NCBI GenBank assembly: GCA_965205505.1
Contig: CBDBHB010000009.1
Location: forward strand, 1,920,001 to 1,984,000
DNA: 64,000 nucleotides
Reading direction: 5' to 3'
Origin: Acidobacteriota bacterium
GTDB taxonomy: Bacteria > Acidobacteriota > UBA890 > WLXD01
This document shows, one piece after another, positions 1 to 10,309 of the stretch. Position 1 is the stretch's first letter. Each line of letters opens with the position of its first letter. Below the pieces are notes generated by a model, which saw only the letters and a program-made list of their open reading frames with translations, made no database searches and was not told the DNA's origin. The position numbers and the translations under genes are program-made.

Positions 1-55
1 ATCTGGCCCCAACTCGCCGTAACCAGGCCCGCCACACTTTCACCACGGCCTGCTA
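1..55. mobile_element. Right end of a MITE (TIR type C), truncated by window edge
   Basis: AGGCCCGCCACACTTTCACCACGGCCTGCTA is the reverse complement (3 mismatches) of the left end at 24685; upstream ATCTGGCCCC..CGCCGTAACCAG matches the body of the 52724 MITE. Confidence 0.75.
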
Positions 56-484
56 TCAGGCCGAAAGCACCTCAGGGAGCGATGCTACGACCTCGCGAAT
101 CTCGTCTCGAACTCGCCGATAGTGCTGCAGCGCTTCGTGCCGAGATGACGCGGCGGCTGCCAACTTCGGCGGATCATCGAAGCGGAGGTGCTGCACGATT
201 GTCGATCGCGGATACCGTGGGCAGTGCTCTTCGGCATGCCCACAGACGATGACGACGGCGTCGAAGTGAACTGCGGCAAGCTCATCGACGTGCTTGGAGC
301 GATTGGAAGAAATATCTATTCCCACCTCGCGCATGACCAGCACCGCGGCCGGGTCCAGATCCAGCGGCTTGATCCCGGCTGAGTACGGTACGAGGTCGGC
401 GGATCTGAGGTGCCGCGCCCAACCCTCTGCCATCTGGCTGCGACACGAGTTGCCAGTACACAGGAACAGCACGGTGAGGCTCAT
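56..484 (-). CDS. arsC: Arsenate reductase, thioredoxin-dependent LMW-PTP family
   Basis: VLFLCTGNSCRSQMAEG P-loop, C-x-x-A-E-E-x-C-P, FDDP motif; true ATG at 484 overlapping the upstream stop. Confidence 0.9.
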   Translation of the reverse strand: MSLTVLFLCTGNSCRSQMAEGWARHLRSADLVPYSAGIKPLDLDPAAVLVMREVGIDISSNRSKHVDELAAVHFDAVVIVCGHAEEHCPRYPRSTIVQHLRFDDPPKLAAAASSRHEALQHYRRVRDEIREVVASLPEVLSA

Positions 485-819
485 TCGGCGAGAGCGTCGG
501 CCCGCGCAGCCATGATGAAGTCGTTCACGTGCAGCCCGCGGATCTTGTGAGTCCACCACGTGACGCCGACCCTTCCCCATTCGGTGACCAGCCTGGGGTG
601 ATGGTTCGCTTCCTCGGCGATCGAACCTATCTGGTTGGTAAATGCCAATGCTTCCGCGAAGTTGCCGAATCGGAACGTGCGGGTAATTCGCTTGATACCA
701 TCCGCTTCGATGAGCTCCCACGCCGGTATCTGTCGGTGCAGCTCGCCCGCTTCCGCGTCGGTCACCGTCGGGGCGCCGACCCGACACGCCTCGCATTTCC
801 GTGTTGCCAACTCACACAT
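481..819 (-). CDS. phhB: Pterin-4-alpha-carbinolamine dehydratase
   Basis: CEACR N-terminus, AEEANHHP, WWTHKIRGLHVNDFIMAA. Confidence 0.92.
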   Translation of the reverse strand: MCELATRKCEACRVGAPTVTDAEAGELHRQIPAWELIEADGIKRITRTFRFGNFAEALAFTNQIGSIAEEANHHPRLVTEWGRVGVTWWTHKIRGLHVNDFIMAARADALAE

Positions 820-865
820 GGTTTCCTCCCGCCCCCAACCCGCGTTTGACTGAGTCGGAGAGCCT

Positions 866-1054
866 ATGGAAATCCCGAAGGATGACTACGAGCGTATTGC
901 TCGACTGATCGATAGCGCAGCCAGTCCGGTCGGCATCGACGCCAAGAAGACCCATGTGCTTATCCTGCACAAGCTCGAGCAGATCGAACGCCGGCTTGCC
1001 GTCGTCGAATCACGGCTGGGGCAGGGTGCGCAAGCCGAAGACGAGGTAGTCTAG
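866..1054 (+). CDS. Small hypothetical protein
   Basis: 62 aa, GGAGAG RBS, typical codon usage, SPVGIDAKKTH core followed by a coiled coil. Confidence 0.7.
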   Translation: MEIPKDDYERIARLIDSAASPVGIDAKKTHVLILHKLEQIERRLAVVESRLGQGAQAEDEVV

Positions 1055-2004
1055 TTCTCCCGATTGTTGCGGGCCCACCGTTCGAGCAGGTCGACGCGGC
1101 GTCGCACGTCTCGCGTCAGGTCGCCGAGCGAGGTGATATCGGCCAGCGTCATCGGCAGGGAGAAGGCGATGTCGTTGGTCTTCGTATCCACCAGCTCGAG
1201 CAGACCCTTGAGCTCGTTCCTACCGGCATTGGGGCGCAGGCCGTCCTGACGCGCGAGGTTGATATTCACGTCGCCGACGCGGTTCTGTAGGCCGGCGCCA
1301 GCCGCGCCACCGTAGTCGGCGACGTTCACCACAACCATGTAGTCGGCGAGCTGAAGCGCGCGCACGAGACCGAAGTTGGGCGAGTCGCGCAACGCCCGCG
1401 CGATCTGTCGCTGCACGATGGCCAGCTCTTTCTGAACGCCCATGAGCGCCGATTCCATTGAACCGTTACTTTCCGTGACGGTCGTATCCATTGGTCCTAC
1501 CAGGACGCGCGGCGCATTGATCCTCTCTTCGAGATCGTCCGGTGGGTCGGCGACCTCCCTGAGCTGGGCGATCTCCTTGGTCATGTCGCGCCCGGCCTGA
1601 TGCGCGAGGATCGTCTGCTCCCAGCAGGTCTCGTAGTCGCCGATGCCGAAGGAGGCGATCCCCGCCATGAAGTAAACGTCGGGCACCCCGGGTTGCCGCT
1701 CGTCGGCGGCCATGAACGACGCCAGCGCGTCCTTCTCATCACCCTTTTGCCCCTGTGCCATGCCCATTAAATAGTGCGCCGTCCACAGCGCGTCGTCCGC
1801 CTCGAGCACCTCTTCGAGCACGCCGAGGGCGTACTCTGGCTCGCCCTGGTCGATGTATTCCTGGGCCCGCTTGAGCTGTTGCTGTTGCTCCTGAGTGGGC
1901 TGCTGAGGCAGCGGGCCGGCCGCAGAGTCCGGGATCGAATAGACGGTAGAAACCACCAGCATGGTGGCACCGAGCACGACGATCAGTCTCGAAGTTCGTC
2001 TCAT
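1051..2004 (-). CDS. Secreted TPR-repeat protein
   Basis: Signal peptide, TPR-like helices (AHYLMGMAQG, VYFMAGIASF). Confidence 0.75.
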   Translation of the reverse strand: MRRTSRLIVVLGATMLVVSTVYSIPDSAAGPLPQQPTQEQQQQLKRAQEYIDQGEPEYALGVLEEVLEADDALWTAHYLMGMAQGQKGDEKDALASFMAADERQPGVPDVYFMAGIASFGIGDYETCWEQTILAHQAGRDMTKEIAQLREVADPPDDLEERINAPRVLVGPMDTTVTESNGSMESALMGVQKELAIVQRQIARALRDSPNFGLVRALQLADYMVVVNVADYGGAAGAGLQNRVGDVNINLARQDGLRPNAGRNELKGLLELVDTKTNDIAFSLPMTLADITSLGDLTRDVRRRVDLLERWARNNREN

Positions 2005-2237
2005 GGCTGTTCCGGATCTCCCAGGTGGAAAACGGTACGCCCAACTTTACGATGCGCCTGCCGCGATGGCCACGGGATCTCTCCAGGCAGGTCAATATCT
2101 CTTGTTGAGAGGAGGTGAGCCAGCTAGCCGGCCCTTCACGGTCGAAAGCGCGGCACGTCAGCAGTGCCGTTCGGGATACGCTTAGTTCGGTGCGAAGATT
2201 ATCGACGAAACAGTCGACATCAGGTGCGGGAGCGACC

Positions 2238-3134
2238 ATGAACTCGAAAGTCATCGTGACGTGTGCCGTTACCGGATCCGGCGACACGGTCGACAAGCAT
2301 CCGGCGATCCCGGTTACTGCGCAACAGATCGGCGATGCGGCGCTGCAGACGGCTGATGCCGGGGCCGCTGTCGTTCATTGCCATGTGCGCGATGTGGAAA
2401 CCGGCAGGGGCGTGCGTGACGTGGGCCTGTATCGGCAGGTCGTGGAACATATTCGAGCTCAGAATACCGACGTGATCATCAACCTCACTGCCGGCATGGG
2501 CGGCGACTTGATGATCGGCGATGGGGAGCGCCCGCGGGATTTCGACGAGGAGCTCACCGACTTGGTCGGGCCGGTTGAACGGCTGCTGCACGTGGCGGAG
2601 CTGCGCCCGGAGATCTGCACGCTCGATTGCGGCTCGCTCAACTTCGGTGACACACACTCGGTGGTCATTCAGACGCCTATTCAGCTACGCGAGCAGGCCA
2701 AGCTGATCCGCTCGTACGGCGTGAAGCCGGAGTTGGAGATCTTTGACTCCGGCAACCTGTGGTTCGCGAAGCAGCTATGTGCCGAAGGACTAATCGAGGA
2801 TCCGCCGATGTTCCAGCTGTGTCTGGGCATCCCATGGGGAGCCCCGGTCAACACCCAGACCATGGCCTATATGGTGAGCGAGCTGCCCGTCGGCTGCGCC
2901 TGGGCGGGCTTCGGAATCGGTCGCTGGGAGATGCCGATGGTGGCCCAGGCGGTTCTGCTCGGCGGCCACGTACGCGTCGGACTGGAGGACAACCTTTATC
3001 TGGAGAGAGGGGTGTATGCCTCGAACGGCTCGCTCACCGAGCGTGCGATCCAGATCGTCGAGCTAATCGGTGCAAAGGTCGCTTCGCCCCACGAGGCGCG
3101 AAGTATCCTGGGTCTCGAGCAGCGCGGCGGGTGA
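2238..3134 (+). CDS. Beta-keto acid cleavage enzyme (BKACE/DUF849), probably dehydrocarnitine cleavage
   Basis: TCAVTG, HCHVRD metal motif, [19 protein letters not shown]; adjacent to carnitine dehydrogenase. Confidence 0.9.
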   Translation: MNSKVIVTCAVTGSGDTVDKHPAIPVTAQQIGDAALQTADAGAAVVHCHVRDVETGRGVRDVGLYRQVVEHIRAQNTDVIINLTAGMGGDLMIGDGERPRDFDEELTDLVGPVERLLHVAELRPEICTLDCGSLNFGDTHSVVIQTPIQLREQAKLIRSYGVKPELEIFDSGNLWFAKQLCAEGLIEDPPMFQLCLGIPWGAPVNTQTMAYMVSELPVGCAWAGFGIGRWEMPMVAQAVLLGGHVRVGLEDNLYLERGVYASNGSLTERAIQIVELIGAKVASPHEARSILGLEQRGG

Positions 3135-3156
3135 GCTTGCCGCTCGGAGGGTCGAA

Positions 3157-4128
3157 GTGAGCCAGGTCCAGACCGTCGGCATCGCAGGTGCCGGGTTGAT
3201 CGGAGCGGGATGGGCTGCTCGCGCTCTGGCGCGTGGCCTGGACGTGGTGGCATACGACCCGGCACCGGCAACAGAGGAACGCTTTCGCGCCAGCATCGAG
3301 AATGCCTGGCCGTCGATGCTGAAGCTCATGGACTGCGAGCACGTCGAGCGCGGCACCCTCAGCTTCACGCAGGACGTCGAAGACATGGCGGGGCGCGCCG
3401 ACTGGATACAGGAAGCCGCCCCGGAGCGGGAAGACCTCAAGATCGCGCTGTTCGCGAAGATCGACGCCGTCGCGCGCCCTGATGTCGTTATCGCCTCCTC
3501 GTCTTCCGGTTTCTTGCCGACGCGCCTGCAGTCTCGATGCGCTCACGCCGAACGGCTGCTCATTGGCCACCCGTTCAACCCCGTCTATCTCCTACCGCTC
3601 GTCGAGATCGTTCCCGGCGAGCAAACGTCGGACGAGGCAATGCGGTGCGCCGCCACTTTCTACGAGTCCATCGGCATGCACGTGTTACGGCTACAGCGCG
3701 AAATTGAGGGCTACCTCTGCGACCGACTGCAGGAGGCCCTCTGGCGTGAGGCGCTGCACTTGATCGACAAGGATGTCGCCAGCACGAGCGAGATCGATGA
3801 CTCGCTGGTCTTTTCCGCCGGGCTACGATACGCGTTCATGGGCCCGTTCCTGACCTACCATCTCGCCGGCGGCGAGGGCGGAATGCGCCATTTCCTCGAT
3901 CACTTCAATCCGACCGAGGAGCTTCCGTGGACCGAGCTGAGGTTCCCGGAATGGTCCGACGAGATGAGTCGCCGACTTATCGAGGGCTGCGAGGAACAGG
4001 CCGCCGGTCGGTCGGTGGCTGAATGGGAGGCCAAGCGGGACGAAGTGCTGGTGGACCTGATGAAGGTGCTCGAGAAGCATGGCATCGGCGCGGGGACGCT
4101 GCTGTCGCGCGAGCGTGCAAAGGAGTAA
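3157..4128 (+). CDS. lcdH: L-carnitine dehydrogenase (3-hydroxyacyl-CoA dehydrogenase family)
   Basis: GAGLIGAGWA Rossmann motif, QEAAPE, GHPFNPVYLLPLVE, DRLQEALWREA, LAGGEGGMRHF. Confidence 0.85.
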   Translation: MSQVQTVGIAGAGLIGAGWAARALARGLDVVAYDPAPATEERFRASIENAWPSMLKLMDCEHVERGTLSFTQDVEDMAGRADWIQEAAPEREDLKIALFAKIDAVARPDVVIASSSSGFLPTRLQSRCAHAERLLIGHPFNPVYLLPLVEIVPGEQTSDEAMRCAATFYESIGMHVLRLQREIEGYLCDRLQEALWREALHLIDKDVASTSEIDDSLVFSAGLRYAFMGPFLTYHLAGGEGGMRHFLDHFNPTEELPWTELRFPEWSDEMSRRLIEGCEEQAAGRSVAEWEAKRDEVLVDLMKVLEKHGIGAGTLLSRERAKE

Positions 4129-4139
4129 GACAAACTGAC

Positions 4140-5219
4140 ATGGTCGTGCCTCGGTTTTACATCGTCGGCAGCGCGCTGAAGCGCCCCGCGAGCCGCAGGA
4201 CGATCTTCGCCGATGGCGACTCGGACAGCACTTTCCGTGATGGCCTGGACATCGAGCTCAGCCACTGGGTGCCCAACAAGACACCAGTAGCGTACAAGGC
4301 CGACACCTCGACGGGCTGTTGTATGAAGTTCGTCGAGCAGCAGGAGGCCGACGACTGGGATCTGGCGATCAACAATCACCTAGACGTTGATGGCGTACTC
4401 TCGATCTTCACGCTCGTCAACGCGGCGCTCGCCCGCACCGAGCGGCAGACGATCGTTCAGGCGGCCGAGATGGGCGATTTCTGGGGGTGGGGCGAGAAGC
4501 CGGCGCAGGTTCTCTTTCAGGGGCTCACGCTATTGATGGACACCCTGCAAGCTCAGCAGGTCGATGTTCAGGAGATCTACGAGCGGTGCTTCGATCGGGC
4601 CTGCGAGTTGATCGGCGACCGCAACGACGACGATGCGGCGATACGCCAGGGGCTGGCAGCTCTCGGGCGCTCACTCGACCTCGTGGAGTCGGGGGACATC
4701 GAGCGGCGCGGTCTACACCGGCGGTTTACCCATTTCCACATACCGCGCTCGATCGCTCAGGAAAGCTGGCAGTTGGCGCTCAGCGTTCCAGCTTTTAACG
4801 CTCCCCTAGGCGAAACCATTCCGTTGCTGCCACAGGTCCGCAATCGGCATGATCGTGACCGGGTACAGCTGGTGTCGGTCGAGTCGGTGGACGGTTGGCA
4901 CTACGATCTCTACTACCCCGGATACATGTGGGCCGACACGCCGGAAGCCTGGCGCGCGCCGGGCCTGGAGTTCAGCGGCAGCAAGAATGGCTACTACTAT
5001 GGCCATCCACCGCTGGACCAAGCCGTGTTCGAGCTCGAGCAGGCGGAAGGCGGCGCTGGCCGCTGGCGCATCGCCGACGAGGTGACTCCGTTTTCCACCC
5101 TCGCGGGACGAGGTTTCCCGGTGGTGCTGAGCTTTCTCGACAACGATGACCGCCCGGCTCGCAGCGACCTTCCACCGCGCCGCGTTGCGTCGATCCTGGC
5201 GGCTGCGTTCGACCTCTGA
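4140..5219 (+). CDS. DUF6687-like protein (DHH-like metal motifs)
   Basis: ADG, LSHW-P, ADTST, NNHLDVDGVLS motifs. Confidence 0.65.
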   Translation: MVVPRFYIVGSALKRPASRRTIFADGDSDSTFRDGLDIELSHWVPNKTPVAYKADTSTGCCMKFVEQQEADDWDLAINNHLDVDGVLSIFTLVNAALARTERQTIVQAAEMGDFWGWGEKPAQVLFQGLTLLMDTLQAQQVDVQEIYERCFDRACELIGDRNDDDAAIRQGLAALGRSLDLVESGDIERRGLHRRFTHFHIPRSIAQESWQLALSVPAFNAPLGETIPLLPQVRNRHDRDRVQLVSVESVDGWHYDLYYPGYMWADTPEAWRAPGLEFSGSKNGYYYGHPPLDQAVFELEQAEGGAGRWRIADEVTPFSTLAGRGFPVVLSFLDNDDRPARSDLPPRRVASILAAAFDL

Positions 5220-5236
5220 GGACACGGAGAGACGAC

Positions 5237-6952
5237 ATGAGGACTGCCCCATGCGTCATGCTGGTCGCGTTGCTGAGCCTGGGCGCGGCGGTTCCTGCCG
5301 TGCGGGCATCCGAAGCCGCTGATCTCGTTTTCCGCAACGGCGCCGTATACCGCGTCGATGCGGCGCGGAGCTGGGCTTCGGCGGTTGCGGTGGAGGGAAA
5401 CAGGATCGTCTACGTCGGACACGATGCCGGGGCGGCGCCTTTCTTGGGGCCGGATACACAGGTTATCGATCTCGACGGGCGGATGTTGCTGCCGGGGTTT
5501 CAGGACTCACATCTGCATCCCGGCACCGGAATGCGTCTGCAACAGATCGACCTACAGGGGGTTCTCGAGCTCAGCGAAGTGATCGCCAAGATCGAGCGCC
5601 ATGCGGCGACGCATCCGGAGTATGCCTGGATCCAGGGCGGAGGCTGGGAGGAGGGGGCCTTCGGCCCCGACGGGCTACCGAGCCGCCAGCTGCTCGACAG
5701 CGCAGTGCGCGACCGGCCAGCCGCCCTCCGGAGCGCCGGTGGCCAGGCCATCTGGGTCAACTCACGCGCCCTCCAGGCGGTTGGGATCACCGCGGCGACC
5801 CACCCGCAGAACGGGCGCATTGCGCGCAACGAGCGCGGTGAGCCCTCCGGGGTACTCTTCGGCAGTGCCCTCGCCACGGTGCTGCGGCAGATTCCCCAGC
5901 CCAGTGAGCGCGTCCGGCTCGACGGCTACCGCGCGGCGTTACGCCTGATGAGGCGCAACGGCATCACCTCGATCACGAACGCGTCTTCCTCCGAGCAAAG
6001 TGAAGCGGACTTCTCCAAGCTTGCCGAGGCCGGTGAGCTCACGGTGCGCGCCACACATTGCCAGCGGTTCCGCCTGGAGATGGACGACGAGGAGCAGGTC
6101 GCCGAGTTCCTCGCACGCCGGGCTCGGCTGCCGTCGGGCTCACCGCGCGCCACCTGCGTCAAGATCTTCCTCGACGGCACGCTCACCAGAGAGACGGCCG
6201 CGTTATTGCGCTCGTATGAGGGACGGCCCGGCGATCTGGGCGAGGTGTTTGTCGAGCCCGCGCGCCTCGCACGGTTCTTGACCCGACTCGATCGTGAGGG
6301 CTTCCAGGTGTTGATTCACGCGATCGGCGATCGGGGAGTGCGGCGAGCACTGGACGGGTTCGCCGCGGCGCGAACCGCCAACGGTCCCGACGGTCCGCGA
6401 CACACGATTACGCACATGGCGCTGATCGACCCGGCCGACGTGCCGCGCTTCTACCAACTCGGCGTGACCGCCAACATGACGCCGCACTGGGGAAGGGCCG
6501 ACGAGTGGAACACGGCTTCCGGGGTTCCATCGCTGGGCATTCAACGCGCGCAACAGATCTATGCCTACAAAGGGCTGTTGGGAAGCGGTGCCCACCTGGT
6601 GTGGGGAACCGATTGGGGGGTGTCGCCCATCGTGCCGATGGAAGGGATCGAGGCGGCTGTGACACGCCGGCACATGGGTGGCCGCGATGCTGCTGGCAAT
6701 CCGGACGAGGCGTGGGGTCCCGACGAGCGATTGACGCTGGGGCAGGCAATTGCCGCGTACACCATCACCGGTGCCTATCTCTGGTCGCAGGAGGACACGC
6801 GTGGATCGATTGCCGTCGGCAAGCTCGCCGACCTGGTGGTGCTCGAGCGAAACCTCTTCGAGGTGCCGGAAACGGAGATCCACCAGGTCCGGGTCGACAT
6901 GACGGTCCTCGACGGGCAGGTGATCTTCGAGCGTGACGAGGCGTCACCGTAG
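5237..6952 (+). CDS. Secreted amidohydrolase family 3 (YtcJ-like)
   Basis: Signal peptide, PGFQDSHLH, KIFLDG, HAIGD, GTDW, GSIAVGKLADLVVL. Confidence 0.9.
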   Translation: MRTAPCVMLVALLSLGAAVPAVRASEAADLVFRNGAVYRVDAARSWASAVAVEGNRIVYVGHDAGAAPFLGPDTQVIDLDGRMLLPGFQDSHLHPGTGMRLQQIDLQGVLELSEVIAKIERHAATHPEYAWIQGGGWEEGAFGPDGLPSRQLLDSAVRDRPAALRSAGGQAIWVNSRALQAVGITAATHPQNGRIARNERGEPSGVLFGSALATVLRQIPQPSERVRLDGYRAALRLMRRNGITSITNASSSEQSEADFSKLAEAGELTVRATHCQRFRLEMDDEEQVAEFLARRARLPSGSPRATCVKIFLDGTLTRETAALLRSYEGRPGDLGEVFVEPARLARFLTRLDREGFQVLIHAIGDRGVRRALDGFAAARTANGPDGPRHTITHMALIDPADVPRFYQLGVTANMTPHWGRADEWNTASGVPSLGIQRAQQIYAYKGLLGSGAHLVWGTDWGVSPIVPMEGIEAAVTRRHMGGRDAAGNPDEAWGPDERLTLGQAIAAYTITGAYLWSQEDTRGSIAVGKLADLVVLERNLFEVPETEIHQVRVDMTVLDGQVIFERDEASP

Positions 6953-6980
6953 CAGGCCACACCTCCACCACGGCCTGCCA
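6950..6980. repeat. Collapsed MITE remnant (TIR type C) at a TAG stop
   Basis: TAGCAGGC + CACACCTCCACCACGGCCTGC: first bases of the left TIR joined to the right TIR seen at 25-55. Confidence 0.6.
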
Positions 6981-7019
6981 GAGGCCGTGTGCCACGGCTG
7001 GTGTCGCGCTTGCTGCAGC

Positions 7020-7320
7020 GCCAGACTGCCGGCGTGCCCGCGCGCCGCGCCCAGGTCCACGCCCACGATCACGGTGCGCGCTAGAATCGCGCCCCTGAAA
7101 TGGGCGCCGTCAACGTCGCTCGACGAGGCCGAGCTCCTGACAGGTCGCCGCGTGATAGATCGGCTCCCGCAAGGTCGGCGCTTGTCAGGTCGGCTCTGTT
7201 GAGCGCCGCGCGCACCCCCCCGGCGTGATCGGATTCCAGCCAGAGTCGGTGCTCGCGGACGATGCGATCCAGCTCGTCGCGGCCCACCGGTCGTCGGTCG
7301 TCATTGATTGTTGAACTCAT
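7020..7320 (-). pseudogene. Pentapeptide-repeat protein remnant, frameshifted and truncated
   Basis: HRLWL..G.RA.L.ADL repeats; after a shift near 7125 the alternative frame reads DGAHFRGAILARTVIVGVDLGAARG. Confidence 0.65.
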
Positions 7321-7455
7321 ACACTGCGCCGCCTATCGCTCGACGCTTCATGCATCCAGTGTTGCGGCTCTGAGCCTGTCGCGGGCGCTGTCCGCGGTTG
7401 ACCCTTGTGGGGATGGCAAGGGCGCCAGCCATCGACCGCCGCCACTCCCACTCTG

Positions 7456-7630
7456 CTAGTGTCCTGTAACAGAGGTTCGTCCCAGCCCTCCGGGGGCCGC
7501 GGGACTGGCCACCTCCGGCGTCGGCTCTCCTCTGCGATGCGCTCAGCATCGCCGTCGTCGAGCCTCCTTGGATTCGACTCAGTCGCGCACGCCACAATAT
7601 GCAACGAACCTCTGGTACAGGACACTCTAG
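7456..7630. mobile_element. MITE, TIR type A, internally deleted copy
   Basis: TIR AGTGTCCTGTAACAGAGGTTCGT...ACGAACCTCTGGTACAGGACACT, CTAG on both sides; near-identical to the second half of 10306-10584. Confidence 0.85.
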
Positions 7631-7702
7631 ATTGGGCAGGTTTGGCCTCGCGCGAGCAATTCGCAGTCTCGCGGGGCTCCACGATCGACGATCGACGAGT
7701 CT

Positions 7703-10309
7703 GTGCGTGTAGCCCGGGAAGCGCTGGTGAAACTCGGTCCGACCCTTTATCGAGTGTTGACCCTCGTCACCGTCTCGCTGGCGCTCGCCAGCTCGGCCAT
7801 GGCTGCCGGGCAGGACCGCCGGGAACAAGAACGGCGTCGACGACAGATTCCGGTGCGCCTAGTTCGCCCCGGCGAGTCTGGAAGCGCGGTGCGTCTGGGC
7901 CCGCGGCGCAGCATTCCGGTACGCATGGTTCAACCCGGCGAGACGGGGCGAGTGCGGTTGCCGCCCGCAGCGCCCGTGCCGCTAGCGAATGCTCCGATTG
8001 CAAGCCCCGGACCCATTGCCGCAGGCGTGCTCCAGCCTGCTGTCGCTAACGGACCCCTTCCGGTGAGCGCAGATCGTGCGTCGCTAGCGGAGAGCGGAGC
8101 AGCGCCGCCCTCGTTGGTCGAAGACCTCGCGGATTTGATGGCGTCAGGCGGGGATACCGGTGCTGTCGCAGGAGTGCCCTTCGATCCGCCTATCGATGGC
8201 AAACGCGCCGCGGCGACATGGACGGACACGCCCCCCGTTCTCGATGGCCGGATCGACGACGCAGCGTGGCTGTTGGCCGACGTCGTCAGCGATTTCGTCC
8301 AGAAGGAGCCCGTCGCCGGATCGACGCCGACAAAGCGTACCGAAGCGCGCGTCTTGTACGACGAGGACACGCTCTACATTGGCTGGATCAACCACGACGA
8401 TGAGCCCGACAAGATCGTCGCCACGGAGATGCGGCGCGACAGATACCCTGCGGCGGACGATTGGGCGGTGGTCTACTTGGACACGTTTCACGACCATCGC
8501 AACGCCTTCGGCTTCGTAGTCAACGCGCTCGGCACCAAGTTCGACTTCACGCTGCGTGACGAGAGCCAGTTCAACATGAACTGGGACGAGAACTGGGAAG
8601 CCGCGGCGAGCATCACCGAACGCGGCTGGGAAGCCGAGCTCGCCATCCCGTTCTCGGCCCTCCGGTATGCCACCGGAAGCAACATCTGGGGCATCGAGTT
8701 CGAGCGCGAGGTCATACGCACCAAGGAGCGCATGACCTGGAACAACACGAGCCGCGACTACGACTGGCGCGCCGTCTCGCAATACGGCAATCTCGTCGGG
8801 CTGCAGAACCTGGCGCTCACCGATCGGTTCCGCCTCAAGCCCTTCGTGACCGGCGGCTACGACTCCTTCCAGCAGCGTGACGATCCGCTGTCTGATGGCA
8901 GGGGCGAAATCGGCATCGAGGTCTTCAAGGTACAGCTGACCCCCAGCCTCACCGCCAACCTGACGGTGAACACCGACTTCGCCGAGGTCGAGGCCGACAC
9001 CCAGCAGGTGAACCTGACCCGTTTCTCGCTGTTCTTTCCCGAGCAGCGCGAGTTCTTTCTCGAGGCCGCCAACAGCTTCACCTTCGGCACTCTGCCACGG
9101 CGCAGCTCGGGCGACAGCGAGGGAGGTGGCTTCCAGCGACAGCCGCCGCTGGCACTGCTGTTCTTCTCACGTCGTATCGGTCTGGGGCCAGAGGGGCAGC
9201 CGGCCCCCATTCGCTTCGGGGGCAAGCTGACGGGAAAGCTCGGCAGCGGCAACGTCGGCTTCGTGAACGTGCAGACAGGCGACTCGCAGTTCGGTGTCGG
9301 TCAGAACTTCGCGGCCTTTCGCTGGAAACAGGATGTCTTTGAGCGATCGAGCGTCGGCGCGCTGGTCACCAACGTTCAGGGGCCCGATGGCCAATACAAT
9401 CGCGTTTTCGGGGTCGACGCCGATTTCATATTTTTCGACCACCTGTTTCTGTCGGGGTTCGTGGCCGGTGGCCAGGACAACGACCTCGACGGCACTTCCT
9501 GGGTTGGTCAGCTCAGCGCCGGGTGGGATACCGAATCGTGGGGGCTAGGCGGCGATGTCACATACGTGGCCGACGACTTCGACAGCGACCTCGGCTTCGT
9601 TCTCCGGCGCGACATCGTGCGCTACAGCTACCAGGGACGCTGGTCGACGCGCCCGAGCTGGCCGCTGTTGCGGCGCGTGTCGCTGAGCCCCTCGTTGGAA
9701 CGCATCACCGACACCAGCGGGCGACTGGTTTCGCGGCTTGGCAGCCTGAGCACGCGGCTGGATCTGGAGTCTGGTGACATCATCCGTTTTCGCGTCAACC
9801 GCAACTACGAGCTGTTGGATGTCGCGTTCCCCATCGACGACGACGTCTCCATCCCGATCGGCGACTACTCCTGGACCGACGGCGAGGTCACTCTGCGCTC
9901 CGCGGCCCGCCGGGCGCTGAGCGGCAACCTGACCCTCAGCCTGGGCGAGTTCTACGACGGCACACGCTTCGGGGTTGGCGGCGGGCCGCGGTTCCGATTC
10001 AGCGATCGCTTCGCGCTGAACCCCGAGTACAGCTTCAACCGTATCCAACTGCCCGGTGGGAGCTTCGACACCCACCTCGTGCGGCTACGCGCCAACCTGT
10101 CGTTCTCGGAGCGAGTGCTGCTTGACTCGCTGCTGCAGCACAGCAGCGTAACCGATCAGCTCTCGGCGTTCGTGCGGTTGCGCTACATCTACCGTACCGG
10201 CGACGACTTCTACCTGGTGTACCGCCAGTCGACCGCGTTCAGCGGCTTGTTCGACCGCTTGGACGACGGCTCGCTCACCGCCAAGATGACGTTCACGTTG
10301 CAGCGTTAG
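7703..10309 (+). CDS. CBM9-like domain + DUF5916 outer-membrane protein, with N-terminal Pro-rich extension
   Basis: PVLDG.IDD..W, DTFHDHRNAF, IPFSALRY, NTDFAEVEAD..QVNLTRFSLFFPE.REFFLE, LFFSRRIGL; start codon uncertain. Confidence 0.85.
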   Translation: MRVAREALVKLGPTLYRVLTLVTVSLALASSAMAAGQDRREQERRRRQIPVRLVRPGESGSAVRLGPRRSIPVRMVQPGETGRVRLPPAAPVPLANAPIASPGPIAAGVLQPAVANGPLPVSADRASLAESGAAPPSLVEDLADLMASGGDTGAVAGVPFDPPIDGKRAAATWTDTPPVLDGRIDDAAWLLADVVSDFVQKEPVAGSTPTKRTEARVLYDEDTLYIGWINHDDEPDKIVATEMRRDRYPAADDWAVVYLDTFHDHRNAFGFVVNALGTKFDFTLRDESQFNMNWDENWEAAASITERGWEAELAIPFSALRYATGSNIWGIEFEREVIRTKERMTWNNTSRDYDWRAVSQYGNLVGLQNLALTDRFRLKPFVTGGYDSFQQRDDPLSDGRGEIGIEVFKVQLTPSLTANLTVNTDFAEVEADTQQVNLTRFSLFFPEQREFFLEAANSFTFGTLPRRSSGDSEGGGFQRQPPLALLFFSRRIGLGPEGQPAPIRFGGKLTGKLGSGNVGFVNVQTGDSQFGVGQNFAAFRWKQDVFERSSVGALVTNVQGPDGQYNRVFGVDADFIFFDHLFLSGFVAGGQDNDLDGTSWVGQLSAGWDTESWGLGGDVTYVADDFDSDLGFVLRRDIVRYSYQGRWSTRPSWPLLRRVSLSPSLERITDTSGRLVSRLGSLSTRLDLESGDIIRFRVNRNYELLDVAFPIDDDVSIPIGDYSWTDGEVTLRSAARRALSGNLTLSLGEFYDGTRFGVGGGPRFRFSDRFALNPEYSFNRIQLPGGSFDTHLVRLRANLSFSERVLLDSLLQHSSVTDQLSAFVRLRYIYRTGDDFYLVYRQSTAFSGLFDRLDDGSLTAKMTFTLQR

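Noticed and set aside
2238-3134. Kce of lysine fermentation working with kamA
   Set aside because: It is 23 kb away, coupled to carnitine dehydrogenase, and no kamDE, kdd or kal genes are present.
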